Assembly: GCF_014280195.1 (NCBI RefSeq)
Contig: NZ_CP047960.1
Location: 1,020,001 to 1,052,000, forward strand
Direction: 5' to 3'
DNA from: Synechococcus sp. A15-24
GTDB lineage: Bacteria; Cyanobacteriota; Cyanobacteriia; PCC-6307; Cyanobiaceae
DNA length: 32,000 nt
Part shown: positions 16,929-26,320 of the stretch, in pieces
Position numbering within the stretch: the first letter of the stretch is position 1
Layout of the letters: each line of letters starts with the position of its first letter
Position numbers and translations under genes: made by a program
The notes under the pieces: model-generated
The model's database searches: none
Seen by the model: the letters and a program-made list of their open reading frames with translations, nothing else
Told to the model about the DNA's origin: nothing

Positions 16929-17812
16929 CGACGGCAGGTTGCTTAGTATTTTCCAGTGCCCTGTTTGATCCGGAGTCTTGAGCCAGCTCAAGGCAATGTG
17001 AGGAGCAGGTTTGGCACGAGCCAGCACTGAATCGTTTGAACAACTAGGATTGCACCATTGTTGGTGAGCAATGATTCCAGATCCACACGAGCTTTTCGAT
17101 ATTGACAAGGGTGCCGACAAAATATTCTTCATAGGTACCACCTGGATTGTATTGCTTCTTTTCTTGCTCTAAAGGACATGGTTTATTGTCATTCATGAAG
17201 TTTTAAGATAGGTCGCCCGGGAAAGTTGTTTTTAGAGTAAAACTTTACTTTTCTGGGCTGATTGTTTTCGAGTTGATGTCGCATGATTTAATTTAGATTT
17301 TAGTAATCCATGTGCAGACCCTGGCTATGATCGCTATTTTTTCTGGTCAACTCAAAACATCCCATGTCTGCTTGATGAACCGTTAGCTTTACACGCAGAA
17401 TCAATTATATGTGGCTCTAACGTTGCACTCTTCGAATAGATAGCGTTTGTTCTGTCAGACTAAGTTGTTGGCAAAATCTTTTTAGCAATGCAAAATGTAT
17501 ATTCATGGCTCTAATTAGGTCTCGAGCCTTGAATTCATGAAGCCTCAACACTTTTTTGATTGATATTGATACTAGAAGTCAATAGGATTGAAGCCTTGTG
17601 CAGATTTATTTTTTGGTTATGGGGAAGAGCTTTTGCGTGTTCATCGCGTGACTTGCATGCTGGGTGAATGTGGATTTATCTATGGGGTGGAATCTAGCAA
17701 AAATGCTGCCTATATATTAAGGTGCCTTTATGGGCTTTGAATTGCTATTTTGAAGACGATAGAGAGGGATAGGTCATCCTGGACAGTAAATGCATTGATA
17801 ATTAGATATTTT

Positions 17813-18097
17813 TTAACGAAATACGACAACTCCAGTCGTGTCGCGGTCTGAAGCTGTTTCAAAAACAGCGTTGGTATCGGAAGAACTTTCAGTGATTTCA
17901 CCAGCAATCGATGGATTTAAAATCCCAATAATAGTTTCTTGAGCAAGTGTCGTATTGGAATCCCTAAGTGTTCTCTCTAGTCTGTTAAGAGCGCTCCGTT
18001 GGGAGATTGTCGTACCAAGCAACGATACAAGTGTCAACATGTTTAGTCCAGCCATGCCCAAGAGAACAGGATTGGCGGTGAGGAAGAGCTCTTGCAT
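17813..18097 (-). CDS. hypothetical 94-aa protein with N-terminal TM segment (AT-rich islet)
   Basis: ATG start, hydrophobic NPVLLGMAGLNMLTLVSLLG followed by a polar tail. The only ORF over 90 aa in the islet. Low GC. No family recognised. Confidence 0.45.
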   Translation of the reverse strand: MQELFLTANPVLLGMAGLNMLTLVSLLGTTISQRSALNRLERTLRDSNTTLAQETIIGILNPSIAGEITESSSDTNAVFETASDRDTTGVVVFR

Positions 18098-18530
18098 CGT
18101 GAATACTTGTCTATTGCTTTTATATCGAAATTTCCCACAAGCGCAACACGGCTCATTACCGCTAGATCGATTCCTTCGGAGGCTCCGATCGCGGCCACTG
18201 TTGACACTGATGTTTCCGCTTCTATCTGTTAGCCCATCTGCTCAGGTAACTTCGAGTGATGCACCGGTCTTTCAACCAACATCGTCGTTGGCGAATTTGC
18301 TGCTGAGTAACAGCCCACCCTTACAGTAATGAAGTACTTGCCAACACTTTGTTAATTGCAGGCGTCATTTTGATGGAGCGCCTCAACCAGTTGCCCGATC
18401 GTTGTCGAATGCTTGATGGAAAATTCGCGGTTGGCCAGAATTCCGCAAGGAACCAGACGCATAGCAGCCACCACTTCAAGGTAAAAACCTACCAACGACA
18501 GAGCATTGATTTAGTCCTGGACTTACGGAA

Positions 18531-18617
18531 CGGAGAGGGTGGGATTCGAACCCACGGTGCCCGTGAAGACACGCTGGTTTTCAAGACCAGAGCCATAAAC
18601 CACTCGACCACCTCTCC
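18531..18617 (-). tRNA. tRNA-Ser (anticodon UGA)
   Basis: Folded by hand: acceptor GGAGAGG/CCTCTCC plus discriminator G, anticodon stem CTGGT/ACCAG with loop CTTGAAA (UGA), long class II variable arm, T arm GTGGG-TTCGAAT-CCCAC. CCA is not encoded. Confidence 0.95.
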
Positions 18618-18677
18618 AGGGGGTCAGCGCCTGACCGATCAGACGCTGCTCAACTTTAAGTCAGCCGGATGCGACGA

Positions 18678-21008
18678 TCAGCTTTCCGGCTTAGCCAGGG
18701 GCAGCAGACATTTGTCGGAATCACAGCCGGCCGGTCCGGCTTCCTTCAGTTCTCCGCTGTCGTAACGCTGCAGTGCCTCGAAGAAATCGCTGCTGATGCG
18801 GCGTTGGATCACCTCGGATTGCAGCCGTTCGTAGGTGGCCGCATTGATGGGCTCAAACGGCAGGCGCGGGAAGGTGGCATTGGCGTCAAACCGGGCCAGC
18901 AGTGCTGCGGAGATGTAGCCCTCGCCGTTGTCCATTGCCTTGTGCAGCGCATCCGCCAGGGGCTCGATTTCGTGATCGCGGAATTCGATCGTGGCGGAGG
19001 TGTTGTGGGCGGTGTAGTGCGTCTGCACCTGCATGTAGAAATCGAACTGGGCCATGGCTGAGAAGCCGTTGATGTCCACCGCATCGGCGCCAGGCAGATT
19101 GGCCCAGCTCACTTCCGTGGGGATCTCCACCAACCATTCGGTGCAGCGGGGATCGAATGGATCATCGAGCAGACGCCCCTGCTCGTCCTTGTCGGACTGG
19201 GAGGGCACCACGGTGTAGCCGTAGTCCATGCAGGCCATGGCCACGGGATCGTTCTTGCGGAAGGTGATGCGGCGGATGAACCGTTGCGCCTTGGGAGGGT
19301 GCCAGCCGGGGGCTGCTCCGGTCAGCAGGCTTTTGGTGCCAGCCGGCTGCACTGTGGTGCAGCGGTTGGGGCGGCGCAGGCCATGGCGGTCGCAGTAATC
19401 CCAAACCGTTTCATTCACCACTTGCTTCCAGCGGCTCAGGTAGTCGGCTTCCTTGGCCTTGAAGGCACGGCCTTCGTTGGTGTCGGGTCGGCCGGCTTCC
19501 CACCAACGCAGCCAGTCGCTGCCGAAGGCATGCACGAAGAAATCGAACAGACCGGTGAAGCTGACGCCCACGATCGGATCCCATTCGCGGCTCTGGCGGT
19601 AGCGCTCCACCTCGAAGCGGTGGTTGAGCAGACATGCCACCGACAGGGCTGCTGCCCGGAAGGCATCGGCCTGTCCCTCCTCGTCGCTGGGATCGATCTG
19701 GTTGAGATGGATTTCCGCCAGGTTGCAGTGGAAATCAGCCCCCAGAATTTCACCGCAGGGGTTGAGGCCATAGCGGCTGAGGCGGTGCTCCAGCTCCGCT
19801 GGGACGATTGGTCCGTGGTTGGTGCTGAGCCAGCGACCGGCTTCCTCCTTCCCTTGATCGCAGTAGATCTCGATGAACTCGCTGCGCAGTTCGGGGGTGC
19901 TGAGCAGATCGGCGTTGGAGCGAGCGATCGCTTCCGGGGCGAACTGGATGGCTCCTTCGCCGGAGTGGAACTGCTTGGTCACCGCGGCCAGCACCACCTC
20001 CTTACTCGGACGTGAGTGATAGACGCGGGTGTGGTTTGCCATGCGCAGGGCATCCCGTTCCGGGTCGATGCGCCAGTTGCCATCCTCATCCTGTTGCCAG
20101 AGGTTGTCCTTGGCGGACGACGCCGCGCTGTCATCAGCAGCGAACTGACGCATGCCAGCACTCCGGCGGATGTTGCCGGCCACGATCGTAACGGCGGCTT
20201 CATCGATCAGCAGGCAGCACTCCACCGACGTCAGACGACGTCCGATGGCCTTGTTCAGCAGTCGGGCCACGCGGGCGTAGAGGTCCTTCAGCTTCACGGG
20301 GTTGGCCATGCCGCCGAAGCCTTTCAAGGTCTCGCCGACGGGACGAACGTCGTTGAGGTCGACGTCGATCTCAACGGTTCCGCCGTTGAAGCGGGGATCA
20401 CTGCTCAGCTCCAGCATCAGTTGGTAGCTGTCCACCCATCCCCGGCGGGTGTCGCCCACCTTGATCTGAACGCGGTTGCCCTCGATGGTGTGAGTGCAGT
20501 CGTCCTGCCGCTGTCCAGCTGCCGTGATGCCGATGTCGGAAACCGACAACACCTTGAGGGTGTTGCGCACCACCGGCAGCCGTTCGATCAGGTGCGGCTC
20601 GATGATGGCGCCGGTGCCGCAGCCCATCATCGCCAGGTCCATCATCAGACCAAAGGCCTGCCAGTCCACCAGGTTGGTGGAGGTGCAGTTGTACGCACCT
20701 GAGAAGTTGACCGATTGCTCAATCCAACCGGTGCCGCCGATCCAGAGCCACCGGCCGGATGGCAGGGCTTTTTTCTCGCTCTGCATCCGCGCCAGCAACG
20801 CAACTTCCTCATCGTTCAGTCCACCCAGCTGCCGCAGGCCTCCGAGATTGCGCTCGCCAACCTGGCTCCAGCTTTCACGGCCATCAGCGGTTTTGCGGCT
20901 GTAGGTCCGGTAGAAGACAGGATTAGCGGCTGGAGCGGTGGCGGGAAAGTCGCTGAAACGGGCGCTGTCGCTCGCAGCGACCTCCACGCGATTCGGAGTC
21001 AGGGTCAC
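18678..21008 (-). CDS. nrdJ: class II (adenosylcobalamin-dependent) ribonucleotide reductase
   Basis: 776 aa, GTG start. NPCGEI active-site cysteine motif and a C-terminal cysteine pair (GCDSDKC). Overall NrdJ-like length and sequence. Confidence 0.96.
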   Translation of the reverse strand: MTLTPNRVEVAASDSARFSDFPATAPAANPVFYRTYSRKTADGRESWSQVGERNLGGLRQLGGLNDEEVALLARMQSEKKALPSGRWLWIGGTGWIEQSVNFSGAYNCTSTNLVDWQAFGLMMDLAMMGCGTGAIIEPHLIERLPVVRNTLKVLSVSDIGITAAGQRQDDCTHTIEGNRVQIKVGDTRRGWVDSYQLMLELSSDPRFNGGTVEIDVDLNDVRPVGETLKGFGGMANPVKLKDLYARVARLLNKAIGRRLTSVECCLLIDEAAVTIVAGNIRRSAGMRQFAADDSAASSAKDNLWQQDEDGNWRIDPERDALRMANHTRVYHSRPSKEVVLAAVTKQFHSGEGAIQFAPEAIARSNADLLSTPELRSEFIEIYCDQGKEEAGRWLSTNHGPIVPAELEHRLSRYGLNPCGEILGADFHCNLAEIHLNQIDPSDEEGQADAFRAAALSVACLLNHRFEVERYRQSREWDPIVGVSFTGLFDFFVHAFGSDWLRWWEAGRPDTNEGRAFKAKEADYLSRWKQVVNETVWDYCDRHGLRRPNRCTTVQPAGTKSLLTGAAPGWHPPKAQRFIRRITFRKNDPVAMACMDYGYTVVPSQSDKDEQGRLLDDPFDPRCTEWLVEIPTEVSWANLPGADAVDINGFSAMAQFDFYMQVQTHYTAHNTSATIEFRDHEIEPLADALHKAMDNGEGYISAALLARFDANATFPRLPFEPINAATYERLQSEVIQRRISSDFFEALQRYDSGELKEAGPAGCDSDKCLLPLAKPES

Positions 21009-21123
21009 GTGCGGTAAAGCACAGATGTTGTCGAAACCCTAACGCCACAGATGGGGGCAGCAAGGGGTTCTCGCCACCATTGGCAGTGTCCTGAGCAAAC
21101 TGTTGCTCGATGCCAAGCCTTGG

Positions 21124-21792
21124 ATGCAGCGATTGCCGGAACCCGAGCTGATGGTCGACCCGGCACAGGTGTTGGCCTACGCCGCAGCCGATTTCAGCGG
21201 CGGTGATCAACGCACTCTCGATCGGATCGAAGCTCTGCTGAGTTCCGCTTCAGGTCGCGCTGCTTCTGATCCTGCCGTGATCCTCGATTTGGGCTGCGGG
21301 CCGGGGAACATCAGCCTGCCGCTTGCCAAACGGTTTCCTGAATCGCAGGTGATCGGCGTGGATGGTTCCCCAGCGATGCTTCAGGTGGCCAGGGACCGGG
21401 CGGATCAGCAAGGTCTTTTGATCGATCTGCGCTGCTGCACCCTTAAGGATTTGGCTCTGGAGCCCGTCGATCTGATCGTCAGCAACAGCCTTCTCCATCA
21501 CCTGAATGAGCCAGGGCTGCTCTGGGGACTTACCCGAGAGCTGGCGGCTCCGGGTTGCCGGGTGCTGCACCGTGACCTGCGCCGTCCGGCCGCGTTGGCG
21601 GAGGTGCACCGTCTGCAGCAGCTCCATTGCTTTGATGCCCCGGCGGTGTTGATTCAGGATTTCTGTGCCTCCTTGGTGGCTGCCTTCACTCCTGAGGAGG
21701 TGCAACAGCAGTTGGCGCTGGCGGGATTGGACGGACTCACCGTGGAGACGGAGGACGACCGTTATCTGGTGGTGTCAGGCTTGGTGGATTGA
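21124..21792 (+). CDS. class I SAM-dependent methyltransferase
   Basis: Motif I ILDLGCGPG followed by VIGVDGSPAML. The ORF is open from TTG 21103, and ATG 21124 is preferred. Confidence 0.85.
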   Translation: MQRLPEPELMVDPAQVLAYAAADFSGGDQRTLDRIEALLSSASGRAASDPAVILDLGCGPGNISLPLAKRFPESQVIGVDGSPAMLQVARDRADQQGLLIDLRCCTLKDLALEPVDLIVSNSLLHHLNEPGLLWGLTRELAAPGCRVLHRDLRRPAALAEVHRLQQLHCFDAPAVLIQDFCASLVAAFTPEEVQQQLALAGLDGLTVETEDDRYLVVSGLVD

Positions 21793-21801
21793 CAGCGAGC
21801 G

Positions 21802-23445
21802 ATGAGCGGCACGACGGCGACTGAAACGGACCTGGCCGGATTGATGGCGGAGGCGGTAGATCGTCGCCGCAATTTCGCGATCATTTCCCACCCGGATGCT
21901 GGCAAGACAACCCTGACGGAGAAGCTGCTGCTGTACGGCGGTGCGATTCAGCAGGCCGGTGCGGTGAAGGCCCGGGGCGAGCAACGCAAGGTGACCTCCG
22001 ACTGGATGGAGCTGGAGAAACAGCGGGGCATCTCGATCACCTCGACGGTTCTGCAGTTCGACTACGACACCACCACGATCAACCTGCTCGATACGCCTGG
22101 TCACCAGGACTTTTCCGAGGACACCTACCGCACCCTGGCGGCGGCCGATAACGCCGTGATGCTCGAGGACGCCGCCAAGGGCCTGGAGCCTCAAACGCGG
22201 AAGTTGTTTGAGGTGTGTCGGATGCGCAAGATCCCGATCTTCACCTTCATCAACAAGATGGATCGTCCCGGCCGGGAGCCCTTGACGCTTCTGGACGAGA
22301 TTGAATCGGAACTCGAGCTGACCCCCTGGGCTGTCAACTGGCCGATCGGCAGCGGTGAGCAGTTCCGCGGGGTGATCGATCGCCGCAGCCGTGAGGTGGT
22401 TCTGTTCAGTCGGGCTGAACGGGGCAAACAGGCCGCGGAACAGAAGTTGTCCCTGGATGATCCGGCCCTGCGGGAGCTGGTGGAGGAGGAGTTGCTGGAT
22501 CTGGCGATCGAGGAGATGGAGTTGCTCGATGCCGCCGGAGCTGAGCTGGACATCGAAATGGTGCATGCCGGTGAGCTCACACCGGTGTTCTTCGGCTCAG
22601 CGATGACGAACTTCGGGGTGAGGCCGTTTCTGGATGCCTTTCTGGAAATGGCCCAGCGTCCGATCGCCCGTTCCAGCAGCGAGGGATTGATCGATCCGCT
22701 GCGGGAAGGGTTCAGCGGCTTCGTTTTCAAGCTCCAGGCCAACATGGATCCCCGTCACCGGGACCGGGTCGCGTTTGTGCGCGTCTGCAGCGGTCGCTTT
22801 GAGAAAGACATGACGGTGAAGCACGCGCGCACCGGCAAGACGATCCGTTTGTCCAGACCGCAAAAGCTGTTCGGACAGGACCGAGCGGTGGTCGAGGACG
22901 CCTACCCCGGCGACGTGATCGGCCTGAACAACCCGGGCATGTTCTCGATCGGCGACACCCTGTATGTGGGGCCGAAAGTGGAATTCGATGGGATTCCCTG
23001 TTTCAGCCCGGAGATCTTCAGTTGGTTGCGCAATCCAAACCCGTCCGCCTTCAAGAACTTCCGCAAGGGGGTGAATGAATTACGGGAAGAGGGGGCGGTT
23101 CAGATCCTTTACGACACCGATGAGAGCAAACGCGATCCGATCCTCGCGGCAGTCGGTCAGCTGCAGCTGGAAGTGGTTCAGCACCGTCTTGAAAATGAAT
23201 ACGGCGTTGAAACGCGGCTGGAGCACTTGGGTTTTCAGGTGGCGCGCTGGGTTGCCGGCGGTTGGTCGGAACTGGAGAAGGTGGGCAGGATTTTCAACTG
23301 CAAAACCGTGCGCGATGCATGGAACAGGCCTGTGCTGTTGTTCAAGAACGAGTGGAACCTCAATCAACTGAAAGAGGACCATCCCGATTTTGAGCTGAGC
23401 AATGTGGCTCCAGTGGTGAGTGGTGTGGAGCCGATCAGTCTCTGA
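21802..23445 (+). CDS. prfC: peptide chain release factor 3
   Basis: GTPase motifs [26 protein letters not shown] and NKMD. 547 aa, PrfC-like throughout. Confidence 0.96.
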   Translation: MSGTTATETDLAGLMAEAVDRRRNFAIISHPDAGKTTLTEKLLLYGGAIQQAGAVKARGEQRKVTSDWMELEKQRGISITSTVLQFDYDTTTINLLDTPGHQDFSEDTYRTLAAADNAVMLEDAAKGLEPQTRKLFEVCRMRKIPIFTFINKMDRPGREPLTLLDEIESELELTPWAVNWPIGSGEQFRGVIDRRSREVVLFSRAERGKQAAEQKLSLDDPALRELVEEELLDLAIEEMELLDAAGAELDIEMVHAGELTPVFFGSAMTNFGVRPFLDAFLEMAQRPIARSSSEGLIDPLREGFSGFVFKLQANMDPRHRDRVAFVRVCSGRFEKDMTVKHARTGKTIRLSRPQKLFGQDRAVVEDAYPGDVIGLNNPGMFSIGDTLYVGPKVEFDGIPCFSPEIFSWLRNPNPSAFKNFRKGVNELREEGAVQILYDTDESKRDPILAAVGQLQLEVVQHRLENEYGVETRLEHLGFQVARWVAGGWSELEKVGRIFNCKTVRDAWNRPVLLFKNEWNLNQLKEDHPDFELSNVAPVVSGVEPISL

Positions 23446-23453
23446 GGACCCGT

Positions 23454-23612
23454 TCAGCTTGAGCTGAATCGCACCGCCTGCTTCGTGCCCCAAAGATTGC
23501 GTCGCCGCTGTTCGGCTTCTTGGATGCAGCGCTGCGCTTCGGCGCGGGAATGGCAGGTTCTGGCCTTTTCCTCCACGGCCATCAGGGCCAGCAGTTCATG
23601 CAGGGTGTTCAA
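23454..23612 (-). CDS. candidate 52-aa protein (not in the ORF track)
   Basis: Translated by hand: (TTG)NTLHELLALMAVEEKARTCHSRAEAQRCIQEAEQRRRNLWGTKQAVRFSSS*. Third codon positions are mostly G/C. An in-frame ATG at codon 11 is an alternative start. Confidence 0.35.
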   Translation of the reverse strand: MNTLHELLALMAVEEKARTCHSRAEAQRCIQEAEQRRRNLWGTKQAVRFSSS

Positions 23613-23672
23613 AGCAACAAGCCAAGTGATCTATCATTAACCATCCCTTAACTAGATGCAAGTCTTTTCTGG

Positions 23673-23978
23673 TTGACAGCTGGTGCGCAAGCCCTCACCT
23701 GCTCGCGGGGGTCGCGTCTGATCGCCAGACTGCACCAACTGAATCGTGACGATCACTTGGAGAGTCTCTGGCTTGTGCGAGGCACGGCGGACGGCGGCAC
23801 CGAGTACGTCTGCTTTCGTCCCACCCGCGAATCTGTCGAAATGCTGGAAGGCTTTCACCTTCCACCGCAGATGCCCCTGATCAAAAAACGGCGTTGGTTG
23901 AATCGTTCCGAAGCCTTGAGTTGCCGCCAGAACCTCGAGCGTTCTGAGGGTTTCCGTCACGGCAGCGCTCTGTTCTGA
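23673..23978 (+). CDS. hypothetical protein
   Basis: 101 aa, TTG start (no in-frame ATG upstream, stop at 23649-23651). Balanced composition and G/C-rich third positions. Preferred over the mirror ORF 23652-23960 on the minus strand. Confidence 0.5.
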   Translation: MTAGAQALTCSRGSRLIARLHQLNRDDHLESLWLVRGTADGGTEYVCFRPTRESVEMLEGFHLPPQMPLIKKRRWLNRSEALSCRQNLERSEGFRHGSALF

Positions 23979-24020
23979 GCCGGTCTCGATACGCTCTTGT
24001 CATGTTGTTGCTGAAAGGGC

Positions 24021-24707
24021 ATGGCTGCCGTCGGTGAATCCGGTCCTTCGTCCGATTCAGACGATCCCTATGTCCGTCTTGGCCTGAGCCCCGGGGCCAG
24101 CTTTGACGAGGTTCAGGCGGCCCGCAGCCGTTGCCTGGCGCAGACTGAGGATGATCCCCAGGCCAAGGCGCGGGTTGAGGCGGCCTATGACGCTGTCTTG
24201 ATGGCCCGCCTGAGGGACCGTCAGCAGGGACAGGTCAGTGCTGCAGCTGCCTCGGCATCCCAGAAGGAGGAATCGGCAGCATCGGGGAATCCATCACTGC
24301 CTGGCGTCAGTGTTCTGCAACGGCTGCGGCCCCTCCTACCCCAGTCGCCGCAGTCGTTGTCCGGGATGTCTCCCTCCTGGTCTCTCGTCGAAGGTCAGGG
24401 TCTTGTGGTGCGCCTCGTGGCCGGTGCAGCAGCGCTGCTGTTGTTGCTGTTCTCTCCCGGTGCCGGTCAATTGGTTCTGGCCCTGAGTTTGATCGGCTGT
24501 TTCCTCAGTCAGATCCGACGGGGCCGTCGGCCGCTGCCCTCCCTTGGATGGTGCTTGCTGGTGCTTGGCCTTGGATTGGTGGTGGGCAGCGTCCTGACGG
24601 CGTCGTTGTCTCCCACCGCCTTCAGTCAATTGAATCTGAGTCTTGAACAGGTTCAGGCTGTTCCTGCAGCGCTGCTGCTCTGGCTCGCTGCGCTGCTGCT
24701 GGCTTAG
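24021..24707 (+). CDS. CPP1-like / J-like domain membrane protein
   Basis: N-terminal [25 protein letters not shown]...[12 protein letters not shown]-like helix pair, followed by C-terminal TM helices. Confidence 0.8.
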   Translation: MAAVGESGPSSDSDDPYVRLGLSPGASFDEVQAARSRCLAQTEDDPQAKARVEAAYDAVLMARLRDRQQGQVSAAAASASQKEESAASGNPSLPGVSVLQRLRPLLPQSPQSLSGMSPSWSLVEGQGLVVRLVAGAAALLLLLFSPGAGQLVLALSLIGCFLSQIRRGRRPLPSLGWCLLVLGLGLVVGSVLTASLSPTAFSQLNLSLEQVQAVPAALLLWLAALLLA

Positions 24708-25621
24708 CTCGCTGCAGCCAGCTCTGCGATGAGCCCCTCCAATTCCGGCCCGCTCACCTCGTAGCGGTTGCTGCAGAAGTGGCAGTTGAGTTCTGCTCCC
24801 CCGTCTTTCTCCAGCATGTCGGCCAGTTCGGTGCGACCCATGAGCAGCAGTGCCGCAACGCTGCGCTCTCGGGTGCAGCGGCAGTGAAAATTCACAGGTT
24901 GACTGGCGTCCGCGTCTTCGAGGGGGCGTGGATCCAGATCGGGGAAGACATCAACGAGCAGGTCCTCCAGCTGGTCGCCGCAACGATCCATTCGTCCGCT
25001 GAAGTCTTCAATCTCGCGGCAGCGCTGATCGAGTAGTTCCACCAGAGCGGGCTCTTCCGCCGCCTTGGGCAGAATCTGCACCAGCAAACCTCCACTGCTG
25101 TGCAATTGCTGGCTGCTGATCCGTTCACCCACAAACACCGCTGATGGTGTCTGCTCCGAGTGCAGCAGGTAGGAGGCGACGTCATCGCCGATGCCACCGC
25201 TGACCAGTTCCACCGTGCTGTTGAACGGCTCCCCCTTGCCGTCATCCCGCATGACATGCAGATACCCGGTGCCAGCAGCGGCCTTGAAGTCGAAGCTGTA
25301 GTTGCCATCGGCGTCGATCACCGGATCCAGCTCAAGGGTGTTGTCACCCACGTATCCCCGCACCGTCCCGTCCCTGCCGGCATCCACCATCAGCCCCCGC
25401 AGTGGGCCATCCGAACCGAGTCGGAGATTCACGCGTCCATGCCGCACTTTCATCGAGCTGGCCAGCATCAGGCCAGCTGCAATGGCCCGACCCAGCATCA
25501 CCGTGGACAGGAAGGAGAGGTTGTGGCGTCGTCTTGCCTCCCGCACGGTTTCGGTGGTGGACACCGCCACCAGTCGGATGCCACCGCCAGCGGCCGTCGC
25601 TCTCACCAGGCGGTCGGCCAT
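24704..25621 (-). CDS. hslO: Hsp33-family redox-regulated chaperone
   Basis: 305 aa. C-terminal zinc motif CRCTRE ... CHFCSNRY (CxC...CxxC). Its stop overlaps the CPP1-like stop by 4 nt (TTAG). Confidence 0.93.
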   Translation of the reverse strand: MADRLVRATAAGGGIRLVAVSTTETVREARRRHNLSFLSTVMLGRAIAAGLMLASSMKVRHGRVNLRLGSDGPLRGLMVDAGRDGTVRGYVGDNTLELDPVIDADGNYSFDFKAAAGTGYLHVMRDDGKGEPFNSTVELVSGGIGDDVASYLLHSEQTPSAVFVGERISSQQLHSSGGLLVQILPKAAEEPALVELLDQRCREIEDFSGRMDRCGDQLEDLLVDVFPDLDPRPLEDADASQPVNFHCRCTRERSVAALLLMGRTELADMLEKDGGAELNCHFCSNRYEVSGPELEGLIAELAAAS

Positions 25622-25630
25622 GGTTGTTCT

Positions 25631-26305
25631 TCAAGCTGCGGGCAATGTAGTCACCGGTTCTAATCGGCCGTTCCGCAGTTGATAGCGCTCGCAGCTCCAG
25701 TCGTGGAACAGCTGCGGCTCATGGGTCACCACGATCAGCACCCGCTGCTTGGAGAGCTGGCTCAGGAGGTTCAGCACGTCAGCGCGCACGGACCAGTCCA
25801 ACCCAGCCGTTGGTTCGTCCAGCAGCAGCAGTTCTGCGCCCCGCAGCAGTTGAACCGCCAGGGCCAAGCGACGTTGCTGGCCGCCACTGAGACGTTCCGG
25901 TGCGTCACTCAGTCGAATGTTTGCCAATCCGACTGTGTTCAGCGCAGCTTGCTGTTGATCTCCGCTGAGTCGCCTGTGGCCAAGACGCAGCTCCTGGGCG
26001 ATGGTCAACCCGAGGAAGTGGCGTTCCGGGAACTGGAAAACCATGCCACTGAGCCAGCGGCGCTGCCGTTGGCTCAGTTCCTGCCCATTCCAGCGAATGC
26101 TGCCCCGTTGCTGGCCACTGAGGCCGGCGATCACCTCCAGCAGGCTGGTCTTGCCGCTGCCGCTCGCTCCGGCCACCAGCACCGGCCGGCCGATGTCGGC
26201 TTTGAGGCCGACATCTTGCAGCAACGGCCCTGAAGCGATGGCCGGTGCGTAGTTGAGGGCCTGTAGTTCCAGCATGGATCTCAGCTTGACCGATGATGAA
26301 TCCAC
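25631..26305 (-). CDS. ABC transporter ATP-binding protein (no adjacent permease)
   Basis: Walker A GASGSGKTS, signature LSGGQQRR, Walker B LLLLDEP. Confidence 0.9.
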   Translation of the reverse strand: MDSSSVKLRSMLELQALNYAPAIASGPLLQDVGLKADIGRPVLVAGASGSGKTSLLEVIAGLSGQQRGSIRWNGQELSQRQRRWLSGMVFQFPERHFLGLTIAQELRLGHRRLSGDQQQAALNTVGLANIRLSDAPERLSGGQQRRLALAVQLLRGAELLLLDEPTAGLDWSVRADVLNLLSQLSKQRVLIVVTHEPQLFHDWSCERYQLRNGRLEPVTTLPAA

Positions 26306-26320
26306 ATCACTGGTCCCTCC

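Noticed and set aside
17763-17769. Possible att-type direct repeat of the tRNA-Ser 3' end (gagaggg also occurs at 18533-18539)
   Set aside because: Only 7 nt match and similarity is lost immediately afterwards. That is too short to distinguish from chance, so no island boundary repeat is claimed.
17790-17806. Fur/Zur-box-like ttgataattagatatt (also gtgataatcaac at 16143)
   Set aside because: Only one half-site resembles GATAAT and the second half does not form the 7-1-7 inverted repeat. AT-rich context makes chance matches likely.
17955-18329. 124-aa plus-strand ORF in the islet
   Set aside because: It overlaps the minus-strand 94-aa ORF, has a Ser/Leu/Pro-rich composition and a non-ATG start. 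There is no basis to prefer it, so it was left unannotated.
18349-18765. 138-aa plus-strand ORF spanning the tRNA-Ser gene and the 3' end of nrdJ
   Set aside because: It overlaps a tRNA with a perfect cloverleaf and the nrdJ 3' end, and shows no protein-like features.
21009-21123. Possible cobalamin riboswitch upstream of the B12-dependent nrdJ
   Set aside because: The spacer is only about 95-115 nt, shared with a divergent gene, and I could not find a B12-box-like element or the multi-stem architecture.
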